Assembly (NCBI GenBank): GCA_040954595.2
Contig: CM082594.2
Location: 10,606,276-10,670,275 of the forward strand
Source: Balanoglossus misakiensis
Lineage: Eukaryota > Animalia > Hemichordata
DNA: 64,000 nucleotides
Direction: 5' to 3'
Both the position numbers and the translations under genes were made by a program. How positions within the stretch are numbered: position 1 is the stretch's first letter; each line of letters starts with the position of its first letter. The notes beneath the pieces are model-generated. The model was not told the DNA's origin. It ran no database searches and was given only the letters and a program-made list of their open reading frames with translations. Below are positions 1-12,079 of the stretch, piece after piece.

Positions 1-3000
1 CATGGGTTATAGCTCAGGAAAATCGTGAAAAATCGACGATTTTTCGACTTTGCGAATTTTGAAAATTTGGTCATTTTTTTGAAAAAAACCATGGGTTATA
101 GCTCAGGAAAATCGTGAAAAATCGACGATTTTTCGACTTTGCGAATTTGAAAATTTGGTCATTTTTTGAAAAAAACCATGGGTTATAGCTCAGGAAAATC
201 GTGAAAAATCGACGATTTTTCGACTTTGCGAATTTTGAAAATTTGGTCATTTTTTGAAAAAAACCATGGGTTATAGCTCAGGAAAATCGTGAAAAATCGA
301 CGATTTTTTCGACTTTGCGAATTTTGAAAATTTGGTCATTTTTTGAAAAAAACCATGGGTTATAGCTCAGGAAAATCGTGAAAAATCGACGATTTTTCGA
401 CTTTGCGAATTTTGAAAATTTGGTCATTTTTTGAAAAAAACCATGGGTTATAGCTCAGGAAAATCGTGAAAAATCGACGATTTTTCGACTTTGCGAATTT
501 TGAAAATTTGGTCATTTTTTGAAAAAAACCATGGGTTATAGCTCAGGAAAATCGTGAAAAATCGACGATTTTTCGACTTTGCGAATTTTGAAAATTTGGT
601 CATTTTTTGAAAAAACCATGGGTTATAGCTCAGGAAAATCGTGAAAAATCGACGATTTTTCGACTTTGCGAATTTTGAAAATTTGGTCATTTTTTGAAAA
701 AACCATGGGTTATAGCTCAGGAAAATCGTGAAAAATCGACGATTTTTCGACTTTGCGAATTTTGAAAATTTGGTCATTTTTTGAAAAAAACCATGGGTTA
801 TAGCTCAGGAAAATCGTGAAAAATCGACGATTTTTCGACTTTGCGAATTTTGAAAATTTGGTCATTTTTTGAAAAAAACCATGGGTTATAGCTCAGGAAA
901 ATCGTGAAAAATCGACGATTTTTCGACTTTGCGAATTTTGAAAATTTGGTCATTTTTTGAAAAAACCATGGGTTATAGCTCAGGAAAATCGTGAAAAATC
1001 GACGATTTTTCGACTTTGCGAATTTTGAAAATTTGGTCATTTTTTGAAAAAAACCATGGGTTATAGCTCAGGAAAATCGTGAAAAATCGACGATTTTTCG
1101 ACTTTGCGAATTTTGAAAATTTGGTCATTTTTTGAAAAAAACCATGGGTTATAGCTCAGGAAAATCGTGAAAAATCGACGATTTTTCGACTTTGCGAATT
1201 TTGAAAATTTGGTCATTTTTTGAAAAAAACCATGGGTTATAGCTCAGGAAAATCGTGAAAAATCGACGATTTTTCGACTTTGCGAATTTTGAAAATTTGG
1301 TCATTTTTTGAAAAAACCATGGGTTATAGCTCAGGAAAATCGTGAAAAATCGACGATTTTTCGACTTTGCGAATTTTAAAAATTTGGTCATTTTTTTGAA
1401 AAAACCATGGGTTATAGCTCAGGAAAATCGTGAAAAATCGACGATTTTTCGACTTTGCGAATTTTGAAAATTTGGTCATTTTTTGAAAAAACCATGGGTT
1501 ATAGCTCAGGAAAATCGTGAAAAATCGACGATTTTTCGACTTTGCGAATTTTGAAAATTTGGTCATTTTTTGAAAAAACCATGGGTTATAGCTCAGGAAA
1601 ATCGTGAAAAATCGACGATTTTTCGACTTTGCGAATTTTGAAAATTTGGTCATTTTTTGAAAAAACCATGGGTTATAGCTCAGGAAAATCGTGAAAAATC
1701 GACGATTTTTCGACTTTGCGAATTTTGAAAATTTGGTCATTTTTTGAAAAAACCATGGGTTATAGCTCAGGAAAATCGTGAAAAATCGACGATTTTTCGA
1801 CTTTGCGAATTTTGAAAATTTGGTCATTTTTTGAAAAAACCATGGGTTATAGCTCAGGAAAATCGTGAAAAATCGACGATTTTTCGACTTTGCGAATTTT
1901 GAAAATTTGGTCATTTTTTGAAAAAACCATGGGTTATAGCTCAGGAAAATCGTGAAAAATCGACGATTTTTCGACTTTGCGAATTTTGAAAATTTGGTCA
2001 TTTTTTGAAAAAACCATGGGTTATAGCTCAGGAAAATCGTGAAAAATCGACGATTTTTCGACTTTGCGAATTTTGAAAATTTGGTCATTTTTTGAAAAAA
2101 CCATGGGTTATAGCTCAGGAAAATCGTGAAAAATCGACGATTTTTCGACTTTGCGAATTTTGAAAATTTGGTCATTTTTTGAAAAAACCATGGGTTATAG
2201 CTCAGGAAAATCGTGAAAAATCGACGATTTTTCGACTTTGCGAATTTTGAAAATTTGGTCATTTTTTGAAAAAACCATGGGTTATAGCTCAGGAAAATCG
2301 TGAAAAATCGACGATTTTTCGACTTTGCGAATTTTGAAAATTTGGTCATTTTTTGAAAAAACCATGGGTTATAGCTCAGGAAAATCGTGAAAAATCGACG
2401 ATTTTTCGACTTTGCGAATTTTGAAAATTTGGTCATTTTTTGAAAAAACCATGGGTTATAGCTCAGGAAAATCGTGAAAAATCGACGATTTTTCGACTTT
2501 GCGAATTTTGAAAATTTGGTCATTTTTTGAAAAAAACCATGGGTTATAGCTCAGGAAAATCGTGAAAAATCGACGATTTTTCGACTTTGCGAATTTTGAA
2601 AATTTGGTCATTTTTTGAAAAAACCATGGGTTATAGCTCAGGAAAATCGTGAAAAATCGACGATTTTTCGACTTTGCGAATTTTGAAAATTTGGTCATTT
2701 TTTGAAAAAACCATGGGTTATAGCTCAGGAAAATCGTGAAAAATCGACGATTTTTCGACTTTGCGAATTTTGAAAATTTGGTCATTTTTTGAAAAAACCA
2801 TGGGTTATAGCTCAGGAAAATCGTGAAAAATCGACGATTTTTCGACTTTGCGAATTTTGAAAATTTGGTCATTTTTTGAAAAAACCATGGGTTATAGCTC
2901 AGGAAAATCGTGAAAAATCGACGATTTTTCGACTTTGCGAATTTTGAAAATTTGGTCATTTTTTGAAAAAACCATGGGTTATAGCTCAGGAAAATCGTGA

Positions 3001-6000
3001 AAAATCGACGATTTTTCGACTTTGCGAATTTTGAAAATTTGGTCATTTTTTGAAAAAACCATGGGTTATAGCTCAGGAAAATCGTGAAAAATCGACGATT
3101 TTTCGACTTTGCGAATTTTGAAAATTTGGTCATTTTTTGAAAAAACCATGGGTTATAGCTCAGGAAAATCGTGAAAAATCGACGATTTTTCGACTTTGCG
3201 AATTTTGAAAATTTGGTCATTTTTTGAAAAAACCATGGGTTATAGCTCAGGAAAATCGTGAAAAATCGACGATTTTTCGACTTTGCGAATTTTGAAAATT
3301 TGGTCATTTTTTGAAAAAACCATGGGTTATAGCTCAGGAAAATCGTGAAAAATCGACGATTTTTCGACTTTGCGAATTTTGAAAATTTGGTCATTTTTTG
3401 AAAAAACCATGGGTTATAGCTCAGGAAAATCGTGAAAAATCGACGATTTTTCGACTTTGCGAATTTTGAAAATTTGGTCATTTTTTGAAAAAACCATGGG
3501 TTATAGCTCAGGAAAATCGTGAAAAATCGACGATTTTTCGACTTTGCGAATTTTGAAAATTTGGTCATTTTTTGAAAAAACCATGGGTTATAGCTCAGGA
3601 AAATCGTGAAAAATCGACGATTTTTCGACTTTGCGAATTTTGAAAATTTGGTCATTTTTTGAAAAAACCATGGGTTATAGCTCAGGAAAATCGTGAAAAA
3701 TCGACGATTTTTCGACTTTGCGAATTTTGAAAATTTGGTCATTTTTTGAAAAAACCATGGGTTATAGCTCAGGAAAATCGTGAAAAATCGACGATTTTTC
3801 GACTTTGCGAATTTTGAAAATTTGGTCATTTTTTGAAAAAACCATGGGTTATAGCTCAGGAAAATCGTGAAAAATCGACGATTTTTCGACTTTGCGAATT
3901 TTGAAAATTTGGTCATTTTTTGAAAAAACCATGGGTTATAGCTCAGGAAAATCGTGAAAAATCGACGATTTTTCGACTTTGCGAATTTTGAAAATTTGGT
4001 CATTTTTTGAAAAAACCATGGGTTATAGCTCAGGAAAATCGTGAAAAATCGACGATTTTTCGACTTTGCGAATTTTGAAAATTTGGTCATTTTTTGAAAA
4101 AACCATGGGTTATAGCTCAGGAAAATCGTGAAAAATCGACGATTTTTCGACTTTGCGAATTTTGAAAATTTGGTCATTTTTTGAAAAAACCATGGGTTAT
4201 AGCTCAGGAAAATCGTGAAAAATCGACGATTTTTCGACTTTGCGAATTTTGAAAATTTGGTCATTTTTTGAAAAAACCATGGGTTATAGCTCAGGAAAAT
4301 CGTGAAAAATCGACGATTTTTCGACTTTGCGAATTTTGAAAATTTGGTCATTTTTTGAAAAAACCATGGGTTATAGCTCAGGAAAATCGTGAAAAATCGA
4401 CGATTTTTCGACTTTGCGAATTTTGAAAATTTGGTCATTTTTTGAAAAAACCATGGGTTATAGCTCAGGAAAATCGTGAAAAATCGACGATTTTTCGACT
4501 TTGCGAATTTTGAAAATTTGGTCATTTTTTGAAAAAACCATGGGTTATAGCTCAGGAAAATCGTGAAAAATCGACGATTTTTCGACTTTGCGAATTTTGA
4601 AAATTTGGTCATTTTTTGAAAAAACCATGGGTTATAGCTCAGGAAAATCGTGAAAAATCGACGATTTTTCGACTTTGCGAATTTTGAAAATTTGGTCATT
4701 TTTTGAAAAAACCATGGGTTATAGCTCAGGAAAATCGTGAAAAATCGACGATTTTTCGACTTTGCGAATTTTGAAAATTTGGTCATTTTTTGAAAAAACC
4801 ATGGGTTATAGCTCAGGAAAATCGTGAAAAATCGACGATTTTTCGACTTTGCGAATTTTGAAAATTTGGTCATTTTTTGAAAAAACCATGGGTTATAGCT
4901 CAGGAAAATCGTGAAAAATCGACGATTTTTCGACTTTGCGAATTTTGAAAATTTGGTCATTTTTTGAAAAAACCATGGGTTATAGCTCAGGAAAATCGTG
5001 AAAAATCGACGATTTTTCGACTTTGCGAATTTTGAAAATTTGGTCATTTTTTGAAAAAACCATGGGTTATAGCTCAGGAAAATCGTGAAAAATCGACGAT
5101 TTTTCGACTTTGCGAATTTTGAAAATTTGGTCATTTTTTGAAAAAACCATGGGTTATAGCTCAGGAAAATCGTGAAAAATCGACGATTTTTCGACTTTGC
5201 GAATTTTGAAAATTTGGTCATTTTTTGAAAAAACCATGGGTTATAGCTCAGGAAAATCGTGAAAAATCGACGATTTTTCGACTTTGCGAATTTTGAAAAT
5301 TTGGTCATTTTTTGAAAAAACCATGGGTTATAGCTCAGGAAAATCGTGAAAAATCGACGATTTTTCGACTTTGCGAATTTTGAAAATTTGGTCATTTTTT
5401 GAAAAAACCATGGGTTATAGCTCAGGAAAATCGTGAAAAATCGACGATTTTTCGACTTTGCGAATTTTGAAAATTTGGTCATTTTTTGAAAAAACCATGG
5501 GTTATAGCTCAGGAAAATCGTGAAAAATCGACGATTTTTCGACTTTGCGAATTTTGAAAATTTGGTCATTTTTTGAAAAAACCATGGGTTATAGCTCAGG
5601 AAAATCGTGAAAAATCGACGATTTTTCGACTTTGCGAATTTTGAAAATTTGGTCATTTTTTGAAAAAACCATGGGTTATAGCTCAGGAAAATCGTGAAAA
5701 ATCGACGATTTTTCGACTTTGCGAATTTTGAAAATTTGGTCATTTTTTGAAAAAACCATGGGTTATAGCTCAGGAAAATCGTGAAAAATCGACGATTTTT
5801 CGACTTTGCGAATTTTGAAAATTTGGTCATTTTTTGAAAAAACCATGGGTTATAGCTCAGGAAAATCGTGAAAAATCGACGATTTTTCGACTTTGCGAAT
5901 TTTGAAAATTTGGTCATTTTTTTGAAAAAACCATGGGTTATAGCTCAGGAAAATCGTGAAAAATCGACGATTTTTCGACTTTGCGAATTTTGAAAATTTG

Positions 6001-9000
6001 GTCATTTTTGAAAAAACCATGGGTTATAGCTCAGGAAAATCGTGAAAAATCGACGATTTTTCGACTTTGCGAATTTTGAAAATTTGGTCATTTTTTGAAA
6101 AAACCATGGGTTATAGCTCAGGAAAATCGTGAAAAATCGACGATTTTTCGACTTTGCGAATTTTGAAAATTTGGTCATTTTTTGAAAAAACCATGGGTTA
6201 TAGCTCAGGAAAATCGTGAAAAATCGACGATTTTTCGACTTTGCGAATTTTGAAAATTTGGTCATTTTTTGAAAAAACCATGGGTTATAGCTCAGGAAAA
6301 TCGTGAAAAATCGACGATTTTTCGACTTTGCGAATTTTGAAAATTTGGTCATTTTTTGAAAAAACCATGGGTTATAGCTCAGGAAAATCGTGAAAAATCG
6401 ACGATTTTTCGACTTTGCGAATTTTGAAAATTTGGTCATTTTTTGAAAAAAACCATGGGTTATAGCTCAGGAAAATCGTGAAAAATCGACGATTTTTCGA
6501 CTTTGCGAATTTTGAAAATTTGGTCATTTTTTGAAAAAAACCATGGGTTATAGCTCAGGAAAATCGTGAAAAATCGACGATTTTTCGACTTTGCGAATTT
6601 TGAAAATTTGGTCATTTTTTGAAAAAAACCATGGGTTATAGCTCAGGAAAATCGTGAAAAATCGACGATTTTTCGACTTTGCGAATTTTGAAAATTTGGT
6701 CATTTTTTGAAAAAAACCATGGGTTATAGCTCAGGAAAATCGTGAAAAATCGACGATTTTTCGACTTTGCGAATTTTGAAAATTTGGTCATTTTTTGAAA
6801 AAAACCATGGGTTATAGCTCAGGAAAATCGTGAAAAATCGACGATTTTTCGACTTTGCGAATTTTGAAAATTTGGTCATTTTTTGAAAAAACCATGGGTT
6901 ATAGCTCAGGAAAATCGTGAAAAATCGACGATTTTTCGACTTTGCGAATTTTGAAAATTTGGTCATTTTTTGAAAAAACCATGGGTTATAGCTCAGGAAA
7001 ATCGTGAAAAATCGACGATTTTTTCGACTTTGCGAATTTTGAAAATTTGGTCATTTTTTGAAAAAACCATGGGTTATAGCTCAGGAAAATCGTGAAAAAT
7101 CGACGATTTTTCGACTTTGCGAATTTTGAAAATTTGGTCATTTTTTGAAAAAACCATGGGTTATAGCTCAGGAAAATCGTGAAAAATCGACGATTTTTCG
7201 ACTTTGCGAATTTTGAATTTTGAAAATTTTGGTCTTTTTTGAAAAAACCATGGGTTATAGCTCAGGAAAATCGTTTGAAAAATCGGACGATTTGACTTTG
7301 GATTTTGAAAATTTGGTCATTTTTTGAAAAAACCATGGGTTATAGCTCAGGAAAATCGTGAAAAATCACGATTTTTAGAGTGAATTTTGAAAATTTGGTC
7401 ATTTTTTGAAAAAACCATGGGTTATAGCTCAGGAAATCGTGAAAAATCGACGATTTTTCGACTTTGCGAATTTTGAAAATTTGGTCATTTTTTGAAAAAA
7501 CCATGGGTTATAGCTCAGGAAAATCGTGAAAAATCGACGATTTTTCGACTTTGCGAATTTTGAAAATTTGGTCATTTTTTGAAAAAACCATGGGTTATAG
7601 CTCAGGAAAATCGTGAAAAATCGACGATTTTTCGACTTTGCGAATTTTGAAAATTTGGTCATTTTTTGAAAAAACCATGGGTTATAGCTCAGGAAAATCG
7701 TGAAAAATCGACGATTTTTCGACTTTGCGAATTTTGAAAATTTGGTCATTTTTTGAAAAAACCATGGGTTATAGCTCAGGAAAATCGTGAAAAATCGACG
7801 ATTTTTCGACTTTGCGAATTTTGAAAATTTGGTCATTTTTTGAAAAAACCATGGGTTATAGCTCAGGAAAATCGTGAAAAATCGACGATTTTTCGACTTT
7901 GCGAATTTTGAAAATTTGGTCATTTTTTGAAAAAACCATGGGTTATAGCTCAGGAAAATCGTGAAAAATCGACGATTTTTCGACTTTGCGAATTTTGAAA
8001 ATTTGGTCATTTTTTGAAAAAACCATGGGTTATAGCTCAGGAAAATCGTGAAAAATCGACGATTTTTCGACTTTGCGAATTTTGAAAATTTGGTCATTTT
8101 TTGAAAAAACCATGGGTTATAGCTCAGGAAAATCGTGAAAAATCGACGATTTTTCGACTTTGCGAATTTTGAAAATTTGGTCATTTTTTGAAAAAACCAT
8201 GGGTTATAGCTCAGGAAAATCGTGAAAAATCGACGATTTTTCGACTTTGCGAATTTTGAAAATTTGGTCATTTTTTGAAAAAACCATGGGTTATAGCTCA
8301 GGAAAATCGTGAAAAATCGACGATTTTTCGACTTTGCGAATTTTGAAAATTTGGTCATTTTTTGAAAAAACCATGGGTTATAGCTCAGGAAAATCGTGAA
8401 AAATCGACGATTTTTCGACTTTGCGAATTTTGAAAATTTGGTCATTTTTTGAAAAAACCATGGGTTATAGCTCAGGAAAATCGTGAAAAATCGACGATTT
8501 TTCGACTTTGCGAATTTTGAAAATTTGGTCATTTTTTGAAAAAACCATGGGTTATAGCTCAGGAAAATCGTGAAAAATCGACGATTTTTCGACTTTGCGA
8601 ATTTTGAAAATTTGGTCATTTTTTGAAAAAACCATGGGTTATAGCTCAGGAAAATCGTGAAAAATCGACGATTTTTCGACTTTGCGAATTTTGAAAATTT
8701 GGTCATTTTTTGAAAAAACCATGGGTTATAGCTCAGGAAAATCGTGAAAAATCGACGATTTTTCGACTTTGCGAATTTTGAAAATTTGGTCATTTTTTGA
8801 AAAAACCATGGGTTATAGCTCAGGAAAATCGTGAAAAATCGACGATTTTTCGACTTTGCGAATTTTGAAAATTTGGTCATTTTTTGAAAAAACCATGGGT
8901 TATAGCTCAGGAAAATCGTGAAAAATCGACGATTTTTCGACTTTGCGAATTTTGAAAATTTGGTCATTTTTTGAAAAAACCATGGGTTATAGCTCAGGAA

Positions 9001-12000
9001 AATCGTGAAAAATCGACGATTTTTCGACTTTGCGAATTTTGAAAATTTGGTCATTTTTTGAAAAAACCATGGGTTATAGCTCAGGAAAATCGTGAAAAAT
9101 CGACGATTTTTCGACTTTGCGAATTTTGAAAATTTGGTCATTTTTTGAAAAAACCATGGGTTATAGCTCAGGAAAATCGTGAAAAATCGACGATTTTTCG
9201 ACTTTGCGAATTTTGAAAATTTGGTCATTTTTTGAAAAAACCATGGGTTATAGCTCAGGAAAATCGTGAAAAATCGACGATTTTTCGACTTTGCGAATTT
9301 TGAAAATTTGGTCATTTTTTGAAAAAAACCATGGGTTATAGCTCAGGAAAATCGTGAAAAATCGACGATTTTTCGACTTTGCGAATTTTGAAAATTTGGT
9401 CATTTTTTGAAAAAACCATGGGTTATAGCTCAGGAAAATCGTGAAAAATCGACGATTTTTCGACTTTGCGAATTTTGAAAATTTGGTCATTTTTTGAAAA
9501 AACCATGGGTTATAGCTCAGGAAAATCGTGAAAAATCGACGATTTTTCGACTTTGCGAATTTTGAAAATTTGGTCATTTTTTGAAAAAACCATGGGTTAT
9601 AGCTCAGGAAAATCGTGAAAAATCGACGATTTTTCGACTTTGCGAATTTTGAAAATTTGGTCATTTTTTGAAAAAACCATGGGTTATAGCTCAGGAAAAT
9701 CGTGAAAAATCGACGATTTTTCGACTTTGCGAATTTTCAAAATTTGGTCATTTTTTGAAAAAACCATGGGTTATAGCTCAGGAAAATCGTGAAAAATCGA
9801 CGATTTTTCGACTTTGCGAATTTTGAAAATTTGGTCATTTTTTGAAAAAACCATGGGTTATAGCTCAGGAAAATCGTGAAAAATCGACGATTTTTCGACT
9901 TTGCGAATTTTGAAAATTTGGTCATTTTTTGAAAAAACCATGGGTTATAGCTCAGGAAAATCGTGAAAAATCGACGATTTTTCGACTTTGCGAATTTTGA
10001 AAATTTGGTCATTTTTTGAAAAAACCATGGGTTATAGCTCAGGAAAATCGTGAAAAATCGACGATTTTTCGACTTTGCGAATTTTGAAAATTTGGTCATT
10101 TTTTGAAAAAACCATGGGTTATAGCTCAGGAAAATCGTGAAAAATCGACGATTTTTCGACTTTGCGAATTTTCAAAATTTGGTCATTTTTTGAAAAAACC
10201 ATGGGTTATAGCTCAGGAAAATCGTGAAAAATCGACGATTTTTCGACTTTGCGAATTTTCAAAATTTGGTCATTTTTTGAAAAAACCATGGGTTATAGCT
10301 CAGGAAAATCGTGAAAAATCGACGATTTTTCGACTTTGCGAATTTTGAAAATTTGGTCATTTTTTGAAAAAACCATGGGTTATAGCTCAGGAAAATCGTG
10401 AAAAATCGACGATTTTTCGACTTTGCGAATTTTGAAAATTTGGTCATTTTTTGAAAAAACCATGGGTTATAGCTCAGGAAAATCGTGAAAAATCGACGAT
10501 TTTTCGACTTTGCGAATTTTGAAAATTTGGTCATTTTTTGAAAAAACCATGGGTTATAGCTCAGGAAAATCGTGAAAAATCGACGATTTTTCGACTTTGC
10601 GAATTTTGAAAATTTGGTCATTTTTTGAAAAAACCATGGGTTATAGCTCAGGAAAATCGTGAAAAATCGACGATTTTTCGACTTTGCGAATTTTGAAAAT
10701 TTGGTCATTTTTTGAAAAAACCATGGGTTATAGCTCAGGAAAATCGTGAAAAATCGACGATTTTTCGACTTTGCGAATTTTCAAAATTTGGTCATTTTTT
10801 GAAAAAACCATGGGTTATAGCTCAGGAAAATCGTGAAAAATCGACGATTTTTCGACTTTGCGAATTTTCAAAATTTGGTCATTTTTTGAAAAAACCATGG
10901 GTTATAGCTCAGGAAAATCGTGAAAAATCGACGATTTTTCGACTTTGCGAATTTTCAAAATTTGGTCATTTTTTGAAAAAACCATGGGTTATAGCTCAGG
11001 AAAATCGTGAAAAATCGACGATTTTTCGACTTTGCGAATTTTCAAAATTTGGTCATTTTTTGAAAAAACCATGGGTTATAGCTCAGGAAAATCGTGAAAA
11101 ATCGACGATTTTTCGACTTTGCGAATTTTGAAAATTTGGTCATTTTTTGAAAAAACCATGGGTTATAGCTCAGGAAAATCGTGAAAAATCGACGATTTTT
11201 TGACTTTGCGAATTTTCAAAATTTGGTCATTTTTTGAAAAAACCATGGGTTATAGCTCAGGAAAATCGTGAAAAATCGACGATTTTTCGACTTTGCGAAT
11301 TTTCAAAATTTGGTCATTTTTTGAAAAAACCATGGGTTATAGCTCAGGAAAATCGTGAAAAATCGACGATTTTTCGACTTTGCGAATTTTCAAAATTTGG
11401 TCATTTTTTGAAAAAACCATGGGTTATAGCTCAGGAAAATCGTGAAAAATCGACGATTTTTCGACTATGCGAATTTTCAAAATTTGGTCATTTTTTGAAA
11501 AAACCATGGGTTATAGCTCAGGAAAATCGTGAAAAATCGACGATTTTTCGACTTTGCGAATTTTCAAAATTTGGTCATTTTTTGAAAAAACCATGGGTTA
11601 TAGCTCAGGAAAATCGTGAAAAATCGACGATTTTTCGACTTTGCGAATTTTGAAAATTTGGTCATTTTTTGAAAAAACCATGGGTTATAGCTCAGGAAAA
11701 TCGTGAAAAATCGACGATTTTTCGACTTTGCGAATTTTCAAAATTTGGTCATTTTTTGAAAAAACCATGCGTTATAGCTCAGGAAAATCGTGAAAAATCG
11801 ACGATTTTTCGACTTTGCGAATTTTCAAAATTTCTTTAAATCTTGATAAAAACCATGGGTTATAGCTCAGGAAAATGTTCAAAAAACGACGATTTTTCGA
11901 GTTTGCGAATTTTCAAAATTTCTTCAAATCTTGATAAAAACTATGGGTTATAGCTCAGGAAAATGTTCAAAAAACGACGATTTTTCGACTTTGCAAATTT

Positions 12001-12040
12001 TCAAAATTTCCTTAATGTTTTGAAAAAAAATCATGAAAAT
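1..12040. repeat. 87-bp tandem satellite array, ~138 copies, truncated by the window start
   Basis: Monomer CCATGGGTTATAGCTCAGGAAAATCGTGAAAAATCGACGATTTTTCGACTTTGCGAATTTTGAAAATTTGGTCATTTTTTGAAAAAA (e.g. 2101-2187) repeated head-to-tail. Long runs are identical, and most other differences are homopolymer length. A G>C variant appears from 9738 onward, and the last ~3 monomers (11830-12040) are diverged. Confidence 0.99.
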
Positions 12041-12073
12041 TGTGACAACCAGTTTCCATTTTACTATATATGT

Positions 12074-12079
12074 TTTATT
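12074..12079 (-). terminator. Candidate polyadenylation signal (AATAAA) for a long semaphorin-5 3' UTR, next to the satellite edge
   Basis: TTTATT on the + strand, followed on the minus strand by a GU/U-rich tract running into the satellite. Another AATAAA near 13340 is an alternative site. Confidence 0.35.

Noticed and set aside
2140-2160. CENP-B box-like TTCG...CG in the monomer
   Set aside because: It does not fit NTTCGNNNNANNCGGGN on either strand.
7200-7440. Cluster of garbled monomers inside the array
   Set aside because: Scattered small indels between perfect copies look like low-coverage consensus error. The A6/A7 and T6/T7 homopolymer variants at 1-1400 and 6400-6800 are similarly untrustworthy without reads.
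448-11653. Long ORFs (up to 1153 aa) of repeated MTKFSKFAKSKNRRFFTIFLSYNPWFFQK
   Set aside because: They are a by-product of an 87-bp (3x29) monomer lacking a stop in one frame. There is no synonymous variation, and the frames break at homopolymer indels.
1-12040. CRISPR-like or telomeric interpretation of the array
   Set aside because: There are no unique spacers and the context is eukaryotic. Only one GGGTTA occurs per monomer, in the opposite orientation to a left-end telomere, and there is no TTAGGG run.
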